Below the pieces are notes generated by a model. The model ran no database searches. It was not told where the DNA came from and worked only from the letters and a program-made list of their open reading frames with translations. A DNA stretch of 63,703 nucleotides, filler included, from Raillietiella orientalis (lineage: Eukaryota), in NCBI GenBank assembly GCA_036172245.1. It is 4 parts of 4 records of this genome, joined end to end, with 100 filler letters (N's around TTAATTAATTAA, not from the genome) between each part and the next. Parts side by side here need not be neighbours in the genome. Positions count along the whole stretch, not along the records: positions 1 to 17,309 come from JAYWIR010000248.1; positions 17,410 to 34,716 come from JAYWIR010000249.1; 2 more parts are not named here. The stretch is one strand, 5' to 3'. Made by a program: the position numbers and the translations under genes. This document shows, piece by piece, positions 15,001 to 26,239 of this stretch. Position 1 is the stretch's first letter. Every line of letters starts with the position of its first letter.

Positions 15001-16533
15001 GAATTCCGACATTGGTTACCATGAAAACAACACAGAATGCAAAGTGCCACGCCCTAATGAAATGTCGGACTGTTCTTGATGATCCTCTGAAACCAGGAAA
15101 TTGGGAGGATCAGCGGCTCCCCATGACGGGAGTTTGCCACTCACTGCAAATGGATGCTTCGCAAAGAGGCGCAAAAGTGCAATGGTGAAATCTTCTGGTT
15201 TCGAGTTGATTACAAAACCTGAAGAGTGGCAAATTTGGACCAAAGAATGAATCAGAGCGAAGGAGAAGATTGCCTTTCAAATTCCGACATTGGTTACCAT
15301 GAAAACAACACAGAATGCAAAGTGCCACGCCCTAATGAAATGTCGGACTGTTCTTGATGATCCTCTGAAACCAGGAAATTGGGAGGATCAGCGGCTCCCC
15401 ATGACGGGAGTTTGCCACTCACTGCAAATGGATGCTTCGCAAAGAGGCGCAAAAGTGCAATGGTGAAATCTTCTGGTTTCGAGTTGATTACAAAACCTGA
15501 AGAGTGGCAAATTTGGACCAAAGAATGAATCAGAGCGAAGGAGAAGATTGCCTTTCAAATTCCGACATTGGTTACCATGAAAACAACACAGAATGCAAAG
15601 TGCCACTTCCTAATGAAATGTCGGACTGTTCTTGATGATCCTCTGAAACCAGGAAATTGGGAGGCTCTTCGGCTCCCCATGACGGGAATTTTCCACTCAC
15701 TGCAAATGGATGCTTCGCAAAGAGGCGCAAAAGTGCAATGGAGAAACCTTCTGACTTCGAGTTCATTACAAAAGCTCAAAAGTGGCAAATTTGGACGAAA
15801 TAATGAATCAGAACGAAGGAGAAGATTGCCTTTCAAATTCCGACATTGGTTACCATAAAGAAAACACAGAATGCAAAGTGCCACATCATAATGAAATGTC
15901 GGACTCTTCTTGATGATCCTCTGAAACCAGGAAATTGGGAGGCTCTTCGGCTCTCCATGACGGGAATTTTCCACTCACTGCAAATGGATGCTTCGTGAAA
16001 AGGCGCAAAAGTGCAATGGTGAAATCTTCTGCTTTCGAGTTGATTACAAAACCTGAAGAGTGGCAAATTTGAACCAAAGAATGAATCAGAGCGAAGGAGA
16101 AGATTGCCTTTCAAATTCCGACATTGGTTACCATGAAAACAACACAGAATGCAAAGTGCCACGCCCTAATGAAATGTCGGACTGTTCTTGATGATCCTCT
16201 GAAACCAGGAAATTGGGAGGATCAGCGGCTCCCCATGACGGGAGTTTGCCACTCACTGCAAATGGATGCTTCGCAAAGAGGCGCAAAAGTGCAATGGTGA
16301 AATCTTCTGCTTTCAAGTTGATTACAAAGCCTGCAGAGTGGCAAATTTGGACCAAATAATGAATCAGAGCGAAGGAGAAGATTGCCTTGCAAATTCCGGC
16401 ATTGGTTACCATAAAAAAAACACAGAATGCAAAGTGCCACATCATAATGAAATGTCGGACTCTTCTTGATGATCCTCTGAAACTAGGAAATTGGGAGGCT
16501 CTTCGGCTCTCCATGACGGGAATTTTCCACTCA
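1..16533. repeat. 278-bp tandem satellite array, ~59.5 monomers, open at the window start
   Basis: Unit 'attggttaccatgaaaacaacacagaatgcaaagtgccac...gattgcctttcaaattccgac' recurs every 278 bp (1, 279, 557, 835...); two 277-bp monomers carry the same 1-bp deletion (~6592, ~13263); array ends mid-monomer at ...ttttccactca (16533). Confidence 0.99.
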
Positions 16534-17309
16534 TCATATTTAAAATGTCTAAAGCAGAGACGGTTTAAGGTTTATGCTGACTACTAGAATTGCGTGCCCA
16601 CAATGTTCTCTGTCCACAGAAACATGCCTGAATGGGGCCGTACAAAGCAAATGCATATATGGGCGTTGTTTCCAACGTTCGCTAAGTGTTGGATTAACAT
16701 CGAGAAATTCTGAGCCGACTTCTTGGAATGCCAGCTCGGAAACTACTGATAGTTTTGAAAGAAATTAATGCTGGGTTAGGTACTCAGAACGCATGCTCAA
16801 TAGTTCTTCAGTTTCAAACAATTTGAGAAGCAGTAAAAACAAGTGCGGGTGCACTTGTAAGTTATTATTTTAAATGCCACAGTGATGTGCGGAACTGCTG
16901 CAAACTGGCTCTAAAAATTCTAAGCGAAATGAGGAGATCCTTTCAAGAGGATATCAACTGCTTTTGCGAAGCCATCGTGGTCACAAATGGCTTCGCATAA
17001 GGGTTGAGTCGAGCAGCTGAACAGAAAACCGCATACTAGGCATGTGATCAGATTTGCTATACGGCAACGAGCTAGGATTTCACCTACTCGAGTACCAATA
17101 CGAAGAGGTGTCCCTAGAATCGGGGGATGATTTCACGAGAAAAAAAATTGCGATTTCGATGAAAGGAGTGGTTGAAATACAATGAGACTCCATGACTGCT
17201 TTTTTTCAGAATCTCTTCTGATCCTCGAAATATTCCCCTCATTGATCCATACCCATTTTCCTGTGCTTTAGTGCTTTACTCTGTTTTCAGACAGTGTTTC
17301 AGAAAAAAA

Positions 17310-17409
17310 NNNNNNNNNNNNNNNNNNNNNNNNNNNNNNNNNNNNNNNNNNNNTTAATTAATTAANNNNNNNNNNNNNNNNNNNNNNNNNNNNNNNNNNN
17401 NNNNNNNNN
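17310..17409. other. Assembly gap with artificial TTAATTAATTAA spacer
   Basis: 44 N + TTAATTAATTAA (stops in all six frames) + 44 N. Confidence 0.98.
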
Positions 17410-17990
17410 TCTACCTTAAGAGCGCTGCGCCGTCGCGTTCGGATGTGTTCCTGCGACACCCGAATTCTTTCCCCGTCCCAATTCTGCTCCTCCCTGTCCT
17501 CTCGTTGCAGCTGGCGACTGCAATAGGCATTCTACACCAACTGGCTCTGCACCTTTAATTCTTCCCACTCGGTCCTCTCCCACAAATGCTATTTTACCCG
17601 CAACTACTTCGTCTGCGATTGCTAAAAAAGTTCCCCCTAGGAACCTCACTCCTCCCCTGACTAATCTTCCCCTTCCACCCCTCGAAAATGCAGATATTAT
17701 TCTCACCCAGGATAATCATCTACATGTCAAAGTCCCGGTAAACAGGGCATTAGCTTGCATCATTCCCTCTTGTAGTTGGTTTACTAAAACGGAGGACCCT
17801 AAAAGAACTCTGAATTCTCTAAAGAGACATCTTAAAAGTCACCATAAACTCCCCTTCTATTCACATGACCTCATTTGCCGAAAATGTGTCTATCATTAGT
17901 TTACCTACTCAACACCATGCCTGCTTTAAAAATGATAGAAAGCCATCCCCTCCTCTAGTCAACCTCACCCCTTCTCGATTCCAATGCTCC
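17410..17990 (+). pseudogene. Zinc-finger region fragment of a family-A paralogue (NeSL/Utopia-like N-terminus)
   Basis: Translates to ACIIPSCSWFTKTEDPKRTLNSLKRHLKSHHKLPFYSHDLICRKC / SLPTQHHACFKNDRKPSPP..FQCSH, aligning to the same region of ORF 19143-20909; frameshift near 17887. Confidence 0.85.
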
Positions 17991-18600
17991 CATGTGTCTT
18001 GGTCCCGCGCCTCCCTCCCCCGCCGCCTCCCGTACACCCTGCGTACACACGGGCGGTCGAATCGAAGCGAAGACCGCGAAGACCGATCATCCCTCGGTTT
18101 GAACGCTTACGGCAGAATGCGCCAAACCACGCAAAGAGCAGCAATAATCCAGCTGATGAGCCACCAGGCTCATCAGGCATGAACAGAGTGCGGTCTGAAT
18201 GTTCGGCTCGTCCGAGAACACACGTGCGACCACGTAATAATCAGCAATGCCCACGTGGGACGAATGCCAGATTACGCTCGCACGAGAGCCCGACACGCGC
18301 CGATACGGTTCCAGAAACAGCTCTCCTGGCTCCCAGGGTGAGTTCTGAGCCTCCACCGATGGACAGCCAAAGCAACACGGCTCCCATTCTGACGATGGAG
18401 GAGGACGTTCTCATCGTTTTCCATCCAACGACCAGGAACATGGAATGTCCATTACCGCGATGCAGATGGGCCACCTCCAGGATGGAACCCAAGCGGTTGC
18501 TGGGGTCGCTTCGACGACACATACAAACCGCGCATCGGATACCGGTACGTGGCACCCACCTCCTCTGTCGCCGCTGTAACCAGCGCTTGGCCATACCTGT
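17991..18600 (+). pseudogene. Zinc-finger region fragment of a family-B paralogue
   Basis: PPPVHPAYTRAVE..RPIIPR and EEDVLIVFHP..MECPLPRCRW..LGSLRRHIQTAHRIPV..LLCRRCN align to ORF 23354-25651 (PPVHPAYVRVVE; MACPLPRCRW..LGSLRRHLRTAHWIPV..LVCSRCN). Confidence 0.85.
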
Positions 18601-19010
18601 ATGGTTCGAATTCCCCTCCTCCGTGCAAGATGGCCCATAGTGAGCTCCGATGAAAGGATTAACAGCACTAACTCCACCCTACGACCGGACATATTCCTTC
18701 AGAACTCTACAACCGCAGCAATTGTGGATATTGTGATCCCCTTTGAAAATAGGAAAATATCCTTTAACAAAGCGCGCCAAACCAAGATCACCAAATATTC
18801 TGATCTTGCGAACCAAGTACGTGAAAAAGGTCTGGCCACGATCAACCAGGCAATCGTAGTAGGCGCGCTGGGTTCTTGGGATCCCGAAAACGACGCGGTC
18901 GTAAGACTATTAGGTGTTCCCAAAAACACCATTATATCCTTAGCCAACCAAATGTGTCGCGAAATGATCAAGTTCTCGCGCGAGATTTATATTTCCCATA
19001 TCGCAACGCC
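18601..19010 (+). pseudogene. Restriction-like endonuclease (RLE) domain, NeSL/Utopia type, lacking the upstream CCHC knuckle
   Basis: LRPDIF..IVDIVIPFENR..FNKARQTKITKY..VVGALGSWDPEND..SREIYISHI: PD..D core, K..KY, GALGSW and terminal SRxIY..H motifs typical of NeSL/Utopia RLE domains. Confidence 0.88.
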
Positions 19011-19142
19011 AAACGAAGCCAACCTCACTACCCCATCTGAGTTCCAATCTGCCAGGATCCTACTTCTAATAATCTCAGTCCTGAACTTCCCACTTTTTAG
19101 AAGGATTCCCCCGAAATACTACTACAACTCCACGAAAATCCG

Positions 19143-20909
19143 TTGCTGCCACTTCCTCGGTCCCCGCTCAAGACATCCCCAGAACTGCTGGAAGCCATCG
19201 CGACCTTTCAGAGGAACAAAGATGCGTTTCAACCGCTCCCTGATGAACCTGTTAAGTTGATTCCCCGGGCTGACAGTGAGGAGCCGCATTTAGCCGCTCG
19301 TCCTCCGTCTGCAAATAGTTTTCCCTCGTCTAGTGCTCCTTCTTCGGTGGCTGTATCCTATGCTGATATATTGAAGAAGACCCCTGTTGTGAAGATTTCC
19401 AAGCTTCCAACATCTCCCTCTTTGTTTCGTTCCCTCGATGTTCGTCGTCATGACTCCCCCATCAAGCCCATCCTTTCCATGATCCGAAAGGTCTCATCTA
19501 GTGTAGATCTCTCTTGTGCGATGAAAAAGATTTCTTTGTCTTTCACAAAAAAGAGCTCCCAGAACCCTAAAATTGTTTCCCCAACTTCGTCAATCTCCTC
19601 ATCATCGTTGCCGACGCCCGTGCAATACAGCGTCGTTTCTCAACCCACTAGTCCTGCAATCCCGCTGGTGTCTTTGTCGCCCTTAGGAGAGTCTTCTGAA
19701 CATTTCACATCGCCTCCTCAGATTATTTGTTGGAGATCTGCAATACGAGCTGGCAAAAGAGCGCACTCTACCACTCCCATGCCTTGTAATAACGTTTCTA
19801 CAGTCTTTCTCCGCCCAAATTCCGATCCTCCCTGTCCTCTGGATTATCGACATATCCCCACACCAATAACTAATAGACTTACGTCTGGGTCACAAATTTA
19901 TCCTTTGAGAACTATGAAATATCCTTTTCGTTCATACTCTGTTTCTCCAGCGCGATCAAAGGACTTCCCTACCCAACAATGTCCATCTACTACCAATCTA
20001 AACTCCCTCACAGCATCTTTTACACCTGTACGCCCTCCTTTGCCTATGGCACCTCGTCACCCCATCGTTATATGTCCACAACCAGTTACAATCCCCCGTA
20101 CTGGAAACCCAACACCACCCCTGATAACCTTACCCATTCCCCCACTGCAGAATGAGGATATCCTACTTACTAGGAGTAACCACTCATCTGTCAAATATCC
20201 GATAAGCAAGGCACTTCGTTGCATAATCCCCTCTTGTGACTGGGCCACTAAAACAATGGAACCCAGAAGAACACTAGCCTCCTTAAAGCGACATTTAAAG
20301 ACACACCATAAACTCCCTTTTTATACCCACGACCTCGTGTGTAGGAAATGTCACTCCAACATTACCTTACCCACCCAACACCATGCATGCTTTCGAAACG
20401 ATCATAAACCATCTCCCCCCAAAGTTAACTGCTCATCAACAGAATATAAATGTTCCCATCAGAATTGTTCATGTTCCTTTACCTCATCCAAAGGTCTTCA
20501 AAATCATATAAGATGGCATAAAAGAGTGCTAGGTAGAGCCAAATTAAGAAACCCTCGGCAGGCTAAAGATACAACGCCAATCTCATTATCTAACAAGTTT
20601 TCCTTGCTCCAAACGAGTGAATTATCCATAAATGAACCTGTTTCTGTTCAAAATCTTCCCCCTTCCACTATAAACCACTCCTGCATCCAAATGCCTCAAG
20701 ATATCGGCAACCCTCAGCCATTAAATATTCCTAATCCTCCACCTCCTGCTGAGACCATGCCCCATCACAGGACACTTTGTCGTGGTCCACCACCATCCCT
20801 ATTGGATCCGGTTTCATCCACATTAATATGGACGAGTTCTGCCACTCCTACAAATGAATCCTGGCAAGTCACACTCGACTCCCTTTCTGAGATCATCTCA
20901 CTTATCTAA
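19143..20909 (+). CDS. Pro/Ser-rich protein with triple zinc-finger module (N-terminal part of element A ORF)
   Basis: 588-codon ORF; CIIPSC..LKRHLKTHH, CRKC..HHAC, YKCSHQNCSCSFTSSKGLQNHIRWH; the frame continues past TAA 20907-20909 into 20961-21650. Confidence 0.75.
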   Translation: MLPLPRSPLKTSPELLEAIATFQRNKDAFQPLPDEPVKLIPRADSEEPHLAARPPSANSFPSSSAPSSVAVSYADILKKTPVVKISKLPTSPSLFRSLDVRRHDSPIKPILSMIRKVSSSVDLSCAMKKISLSFTKKSSQNPKIVSPTSSISSSSLPTPVQYSVVSQPTSPAIPLVSLSPLGESSEHFTSPPQIICWRSAIRAGKRAHSTTPMPCNNVSTVFLRPNSDPPCPLDYRHIPTPITNRLTSGSQIYPLRTMKYPFRSYSVSPARSKDFPTQQCPSTTNLNSLTASFTPVRPPLPMAPRHPIVICPQPVTIPRTGNPTPPLITLPIPPLQNEDILLTRSNHSSVKYPISKALRCIIPSCDWATKTMEPRRTLASLKRHLKTHHKLPFYTHDLVCRKCHSNITLPTQHHACFRNDHKPSPPKVNCSSTEYKCSHQNCSCSFTSSKGLQNHIRWHKRVLGRAKLRNPRQAKDTTPISLSNKFSLLQTSELSINEPVSVQNLPPSTINHSCIQMPQDIGNPQPLNIPNPPPPAETMPHHRTLCRGPPPSLLDPVSSTLIWTSSATPTNESWQVTLDSLSEIISLI

Positions 20910-20960
20910 AATAAATATAACCTACGACCCTACTCCTTTAAACCTCGAAATCGATCCAAA

Positions 20961-21650
20961 ATGACGCCTAGTGCAAAAATTCTCCAAAATTTATACCACA
21001 CCAAGTTCTACAGTAAAAACATCAACTTTATTAAAGAATGCTTCCGCCTCACACGAAGCAGGATACACCCCAATCCTATGGCCAACTTGCAACTACGCAG
21101 CTGGCAAATGGATATACTCAAACTCATCAGGACTACACCAGATGCCAGAAAGATTTACTGGTACTTCGACCCAGAAGGAGGCCATGGCAAAACAACATTT
21201 GCCAAATTCCTCTACTTGAAAAAGGGCGCCATTTACATGCACTCATGTAAAAAGGCAGATGCAGCCCACATCTACAACGGCGAACACGTCATCGTTGTGG
21301 ATCTGACCAGAGACAATCAAGAAATAGTACAATACGGCTTCATCGAAACCATGAAAAATGGCATCATGTTCGCATCCAAGTATCAGGGATCCATTAAATA
21401 CTTTCAACCACCCCACATCATAGTGTTCTCCAATTGGGAACCAAATTACGAAAAAATGAGTATCGACAGATGGAGAGTTACAGATATCTTCCTCAATTCT
21501 CAAAGCAAATTGTGTCCATGGATGTTGGATGATGCTGGAGCCACCTTGCCTTGGGCCTGCCCTTCAGGCCCTAGTACAGGGCAGTCCCGCGACTCGCCAG
21601 ACTCCAGTGAATCCACTTTGTCACCCCCTTCCCAAGATATTGAGAAATAA
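20961..21650 (+). CDS. SF3 helicase / P-loop domain resembling the C-terminal half of nanovirus/alphasatellite-like CRESS Rep; no HUH domain
   Basis: WQ..PDARKIYWYFDPEGGHGKTT (Walker A), VIVVDLTR (Walker B), YGFIETMKNG..SKY, HIIVFSN (motif C), MSIDRW (Arg finger), all intact. Confidence 0.88.
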   Translation: MTPSAKILQNLYHTKFYSKNINFIKECFRLTRSRIHPNPMANLQLRSWQMDILKLIRTTPDARKIYWYFDPEGGHGKTTFAKFLYLKKGAIYMHSCKKADAAHIYNGEHVIVVDLTRDNQEIVQYGFIETMKNGIMFASKYQGSIKYFQPPHIIVFSNWEPNYEKMSIDRWRVTDIFLNSQSKLCPWMLDDAGATLPWACPSGPSTGQSRDSPDSSESTLSPPSQDIEK

Positions 21651-21783
21651 AATGAATTCACAATGCAAGTTTTCATGTTTTTCACATATACAAGGAAGGG
21701 TCTCTTAAATGCTTAAATTCCACATAGACAGTGCGAGTCAGTCTAATCTTCCCAGTCCCGTGAATTGCTCCTCCCCCCATTGA

Positions 21784-21918
21784 GGCAATACGCCCCGAAT
21801 CGTGTACTCAGCGATTCGAGCAGCTCGAGACATCTACTTTGCCCATATCACCACCCATCCTTCCTCCGGAGCCGAACCTCCGGTGCAGGAGCTGACACCA
21901 GCCGCCCACCCATCCTAG
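21784..21918 (+). pseudogene. C-terminal remnant of RLE domain
   Basis: Frame not in the ORF track reads PRIVYSAIRAARDIYFAHIT...* and matches EMIKFSREIYISHIAT at the end of the 18601 RLE. Confidence 0.6.
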
Positions 21919-22087
21919 TGCAGCGCGGCTTTAATGGACCTCATCGAAATCTGATCGCTCAGTGTTGCGTCCCTCTTGTGAACTCTGCGTCCTCGATGAA
22001 CACTTGCGTGTTCTTATGTTCAATTCCCCTCTTAGGACTTACAAAGTGCAAAGACTTTGTAACAAGCGATAAACGTGGACTCAATAA

Positions 22088-22495
22088 AGTTACTCCCGCC
22101 GTTTACTCGCATTTCGTTGAATCTCTTCACTTTGACACTCAAAGCACTCGGCAGAAATCACATCGCGTCAACACCGGCAACGGCTATCGCGATGCTTTGT
22201 TTTCATTAGGCAGTCGGATTCCCCTTGTCCGTGCCAGTTCCGAGTCGATCGCTGCATACTGCCCGAAACGCTGCGGGACCACCGAGCGACCACCGACCGG
22301 AAATTCGGGCGAAGCCATTCCACGACTTGGAATACCGTGCAAGACTGCGAGGTGAGACCATCATCACTACGGAGGGCGCGCCATCAGAGTGCGCCACGGG
22401 CCCTGAGCGGAACCGCCGGCACGTGCGCGCCCCGACCGAGCGGAGAAACGCCAATCTGCCGATAGCCTGTTCTTTCGTGCCGCTCTGCCCCAGCT
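22088..22495 (-). rRNA. Degenerate 28S rRNA fragment upstream of the R2 site (probable D8 expansion segment plus conserved core)
   Basis: Reverse complement reads GAACTGGCACGGACAAGGGGAATCCGACTG...GTTGACGCGATGTGATTTCTGCC...AAACGGCGGGAGTAACT, with substitutions at conserved positions. The GC-rich 22250-22495 part is inferred to be expansion segment. Confidence 0.9.
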
Positions 22496-22769
22496 GACGC
22501 AGAAGCACTGCCTCATGTTCCCACTTCCCTTTCCCAAATCAGCAGCATCTCTCATAACAATCGTAAAACGACTCCACCAATATCTTCAGCGTGAATACAC
22601 CTAGTCCTTCAAGTGGCACTACTTTAAACACTCCACTCCATTTTTCAATCGATAATTTCCACCAAGGAATTCACCCACTCTCCACTTCCGAACATCTCTG
22701 AACGATTTCGTGCCCTAATTTCCAAACCTAAAAAGAAAGATGAAGAATAGAAATGCTGAAGTCGAAATT

Positions 22770-22885
22770 GATCTCCCTCGCTGATTTTTTCAAGCCCGTT
22801 CCCTTGGCTGTGGTTTCGGTAGATAGTAGGTAGGGACAGTAGGAATCTCGTTAATGCATTCATGCGCGTCACTACTTAGACGACG
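22770..22885 (-). rRNA. Degenerate 28S rRNA fragment downstream of the R2 site
   Basis: Reverse complement reads CGTCGTCTAAGTAGTGACGCGCATGAATGCATTAACGAGATTCCTACTGTCCCTACCTACTATCTACCGAAACCACAGCCAAGGGAACGGGCTTG, the conserved LSU core. Confidence 0.92.
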
Positions 22886-23353
22886 GACGTGTCTGAGTGG
22901 AGCTCCGGCGCGTCATGAAGTTTGACTTTGGCTTGTGAAAAACTTACCTTGATGACCCCTATTGAATTTTCGTTCTGTGCATCCCCTGCCCACAGTGAAC
23001 CTTATTACCAACTTTTTTGATTGTGTGGTAATTTTTGTGGCTACTGTAGACATTCTCGTCTCCCGCCTGTGTGCTGCCATGGCTTAGACCAGAGAGAACA
23101 CTTGTCGGGAAGGTAAGAGGGATCGACAGTCCGAATTGACATTCTGGGCCCCCATCACGCCCTTGTTAAATACTTTTAACCATTTTTGTGTGGATCTGAA
23201 CCACTGTGGTCGTTAAGCGTGATCGACCACATCGGTTCCACAAACTCCTTTGTTCCCTCGCTCTGCGCGGGAGAAGTTAGCGTCCCCTCTGAGCGATCTG
23301 ATTGGTCGACTCAGCGAACTCGCTTTCCCATTGGTTCCGCCGCATAGTTCCAC

Positions 23354-25679
23354 GTGACTAAGCGAAGCGTCAGGCGCCATCTTGCAACGATGCCTGCGTC
23401 GCATTGTACGCTCTCCGTGGAGCGCGAACTTTGGATTTCCCACGGAACTGACTCTCCTGTGCCTCGTCCTCTCCCAGACTGTGTGTTCGCCACAACGGCA
23501 AATGACATTAAGAACCGTGTACGAAACCTTAAGGCACACTTGAGCCGTATACATGGCGTACACATCCCGGCAGTTCGTTTTTTCTGCCTACAATGCCACA
23601 AGAGTGAGAATACAAACATGCTGCTCTCTCAGCATCGTTGTCTCAACCCTCCTGTGGAACTCCCTGAGATGCTACTTGCTCTCAAATACAAATGCCCGAA
23701 ATGTAATGCTTCCTTTGGGCGCCCATCCTTGCGAAAGGCGCATCATAAATGGAAGCATTTACACATGGACAGAGCCCTTGGTGCGGCAAACGAAGGCCGC
23801 GAGGACCTTGGAGATGAAATTGATTTTCCCAACTCTTGGGATGAGGCAGATTTCCCCGACTCCTCATGCAGCTCCATGGACACTTCACTATTGCACCAGA
23901 AGTGGTTCAACGTGCCAACAACTGCCAGTCACAGTACTCCTCACCAGAACGAGGATCGCCCTGGATCTGCAAAGTGCAAGGGACGTAATGAAACCAGTGA
24001 ACTGATGAACGCTACACCCTCCATCCTTGACATGGAAGTACCCATGGCATCGGCGATGGAAGAGCGTCGCCTTTCTCTGCCACCCCCTCTCCTTGGACCG
24101 CCTGCCTCGGTTCCGATGGAGGGGACAAGAGACTTCCACCAGGCTCTTCAGCCACGAGTTCTCTTGACTCGACTTTCCCAGGCTGAGCTGGACTACTTCG
24201 CCCGCCCTCCACAGCGCAATGTGGTATCTAGAGTGCCCACCCCAGTGCAGGAGTCGCGGCTGTCTGGTCACTCCACCCTGACTCTTGCCTCTCCTTCTCA
24301 AACTGGGGCCGAGCTGCTTGAGCAAGTCTCCCCGGGAAGCGAGCACATCGTACTGATACCTCGCTCTCCCCCACCTGCTCCGCCTGTGCATCCAGCGTAC
24401 GTGCGCGTGGTCGAGAGAAAAAGACCGAGACGCCGCCAGCAGCGCCCAGTTATCCCTCGCCTCCAACGGCAATTACGAATCACGCAGGCTAGCAATGGCC
24501 GAATAAACTTGGCGGATAACGATCGGAGACCCAATTGCGTCCCATCTCCAGTGCCTCATGTGGCCGAACCGTTGGCTCCGGCTCGCCCCCAGGGAACTGT
24601 CACTGACCTGGCACCCTCAGTGCCATCGGCCTTAACTGAGGACGACGTCCTCCTAGTGTATCTGCCATTAAACACCACCATGGCTTGTCCACTGCCGCGC
24701 TGCAGGTGGCATACCAGCACGCAACAGGCGAAATCCACCTTGGGATCGCTGCGCCGCCACCTGCGCACTGCACACTGGATACCGGTTAACAGAGCCCATC
24801 TAGTGTGTAGCCGTTGCAATGCCAACGTGCAGATACCTGTCTGCAGGCATCCCTGTGGCTCGCGGGTGATCCGATTCGAGGAGCCAGCGCCACTCGCCTG
24901 CCCTGAGCAAAACTGCGATAAACATTTCTTTAATCGCAAAGCTCTTGCGAATCATGCTCGGTGGCACGACTCGCTAGGCAGAGCAGAGGAGCGGCGGTAC
25001 ACGCGTGGTCTTAGAGGCCAGAGAACTCTTCCAGTCCCGCCTCGAGCTCGCCAACATACCACCGTTAGCCCACAGCCAACCAGCCAATCCTCCCAGCGGG
25101 TAATTGAACATGTTCCCCAGACGAGTGCACCCTCCATCCCATTGCCTGATCCCTCGCGCAATCAGGAATGGCAAATAGTGACAAGTCGGCGGAAACGTGC
25201 TCCTAATGCCCTGGGGAATCTGGCCCGTGGAGCTAGGCATCCGCCCAGACGCATTACCTCCTCGAGTGAGCCTGAATCTCCGCGCCTCCCTACCCCTGTC
25301 CCTGGCTCACGATTCGCCGTCCTGGACGAAGAGAACATTGGTGAACTGACAGTTTCACCCGACAGCATTGCTGCCCCTGCCCGTTCCTCAACGTCCCCCG
25401 TCCGGAGACGCGCCCGTGACAACCAGCGTGAAAATCAGAGAGCGCTTGGACCCCCTTGGAGAGACTGCAAGGCTTCTTCAGGACATTGGGACACAACCAG
25501 CAACAACAGACAATTGGGGCCTTGCGATACGAGCGCTGAACACTTCGTACAGTGCAATTCGGAACGGCCTGGGCTTACGCCCTTTCACTGTTCCCATGAA
25601 CAATGTGCGACCAATGAGCCTGTCTCCACGCACTCTACAGCGGTTATATAACCAAAACCCTCGACCGTCGTTTAGGTAA
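23354..25679 (+). pseudogene. Element B N-terminal protein with two triple zinc-finger modules; frameshift near 25450
   Basis: Module 1: PLPDC..LKAHLSRIH, CLQC..HRC, CPKCNASF..HHKWKH. Module 2: CPLPRC..LRRHLRTAH, CSRC..HPC, CPEQNCDKHFFNRKALANHARWH. Continues in the 25368-25679 frame (DNWGLAIRAL..LRPF..TLQRLYNQNPR). Confidence 0.8.
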
Positions 25680-25692
25680 CAAACAATTATCG

Positions 25693-26239
25693 GCAAATCC
25701 TCTCGCCAACCTACGTCTCAGAGAGTGGCAACTGGAACTCTTCGACGTCATGAAAAAACCAGCAAACCAGAGAACCATATTCTTATTTTACGACACATTT
25801 GGCAACGCAGGAAAAACTACGATGGTCAAAGATCTAGACCGCAAAAGAGGAACCATCTACGTGCATTTCTGCCGAAAAGCTGACGCAGCCCATATCTACA
25901 ATGGGGAATATCGTTGTCACGTGACACGCGTGTCTTCACACGTGACAACCAAGAATACTACAATATGACTTTGTAGAATCCCTCAAAAATGGGATACTCG
26001 ACTCCAAATATCAAGGATCGATGAAGTACTTTGACGTTCGCCACATACTCATATTTGCGAACTGGGAGCCCGACAACCCAAAAACGAGTGCTGACAGGTG
26101 GGTTATAAAAAATATTGGCAAGATACTACTTGAACAATTAATGAAGAAGGATCCATTCTCCCATGGGTTTCAAGCCCGTGACCCGCCTGACTCCTCTTTG
26201 AGCACGCTTTCACCAACAAACAGCCAAATAAGTCCATAA
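25693..26239 (+). pseudogene. SF3 helicase domain (CRESS Rep-like), frameshifted
   Basis: NPLANLRLREWQ..RTIFLFYDTFGNAGKTT..KADAAHIYNGE / KYQGSMKYF..HILIFANWEP..SADRW..RDPPDSSLSTLSP, collinear with 20961-21650. Confidence 0.85.

Larger units (their letters stand above)
19101..22088 (+). mobile_element. Element A: RLE-clade-derived element, ZnF - SF3 helicase - RLE remnant - 3' UTR ending AATAAA; no RT
   Basis: ZnF ORF in frame with the helicase ORF across one stop; RLE C-terminal remnant at 21784-21918; AATAAA at 22083-22088 directly at the 28S junction. 5' boundary uncertain. Confidence 0.7.

Noticed and set aside
6..16514. Dozens of 60-196 aa ORFs in the satellite
   Set aside because: They recur with the 278-bp period, which is not a multiple of 3, and show no domain; by-products of the repeat.
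1..16533. CRISPR array or hammerhead-ribozyme satellite
   Set aside because: No unique spacers; the core is TTGATGA rather than CTGATGA, and the 6 nt before GAAA cannot form stem II.
17354..17365. TTAATTAATTAA palindrome (also at 34761 and 52016)
   Set aside because: Centred in identical 100-bp N gaps, so an assembly spacer; adjacency across gaps 1 and 2 is also unproven.
20961..21650. Intact endogenous circovirus/nanovirus Rep or Helitron
   Set aside because: No HUH motifs upstream; the helicase motifs are SF3-type, not PIF1/SF1.
21701..21713. TCTCTTAAATGC resembling a collapsed R2 target (and GGTAGCC at 26323)
   Set aside because: Matches are too short and have no rDNA context.
21765..22555. 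ORFs over the 28S fragment
   Set aside because: GC-rich rRNA-derived sequence giving shadow frames.
22940..23040. U1 snRNA-like AAACTTACCT start and Sm-like TAATTTTTGTGG
   Set aside because: Spacing is ~35 nt too short and the U1-70K and U1A loops are missing; a minus-strand donor-like sequence or chance explains it. An Infernal search would settle it.
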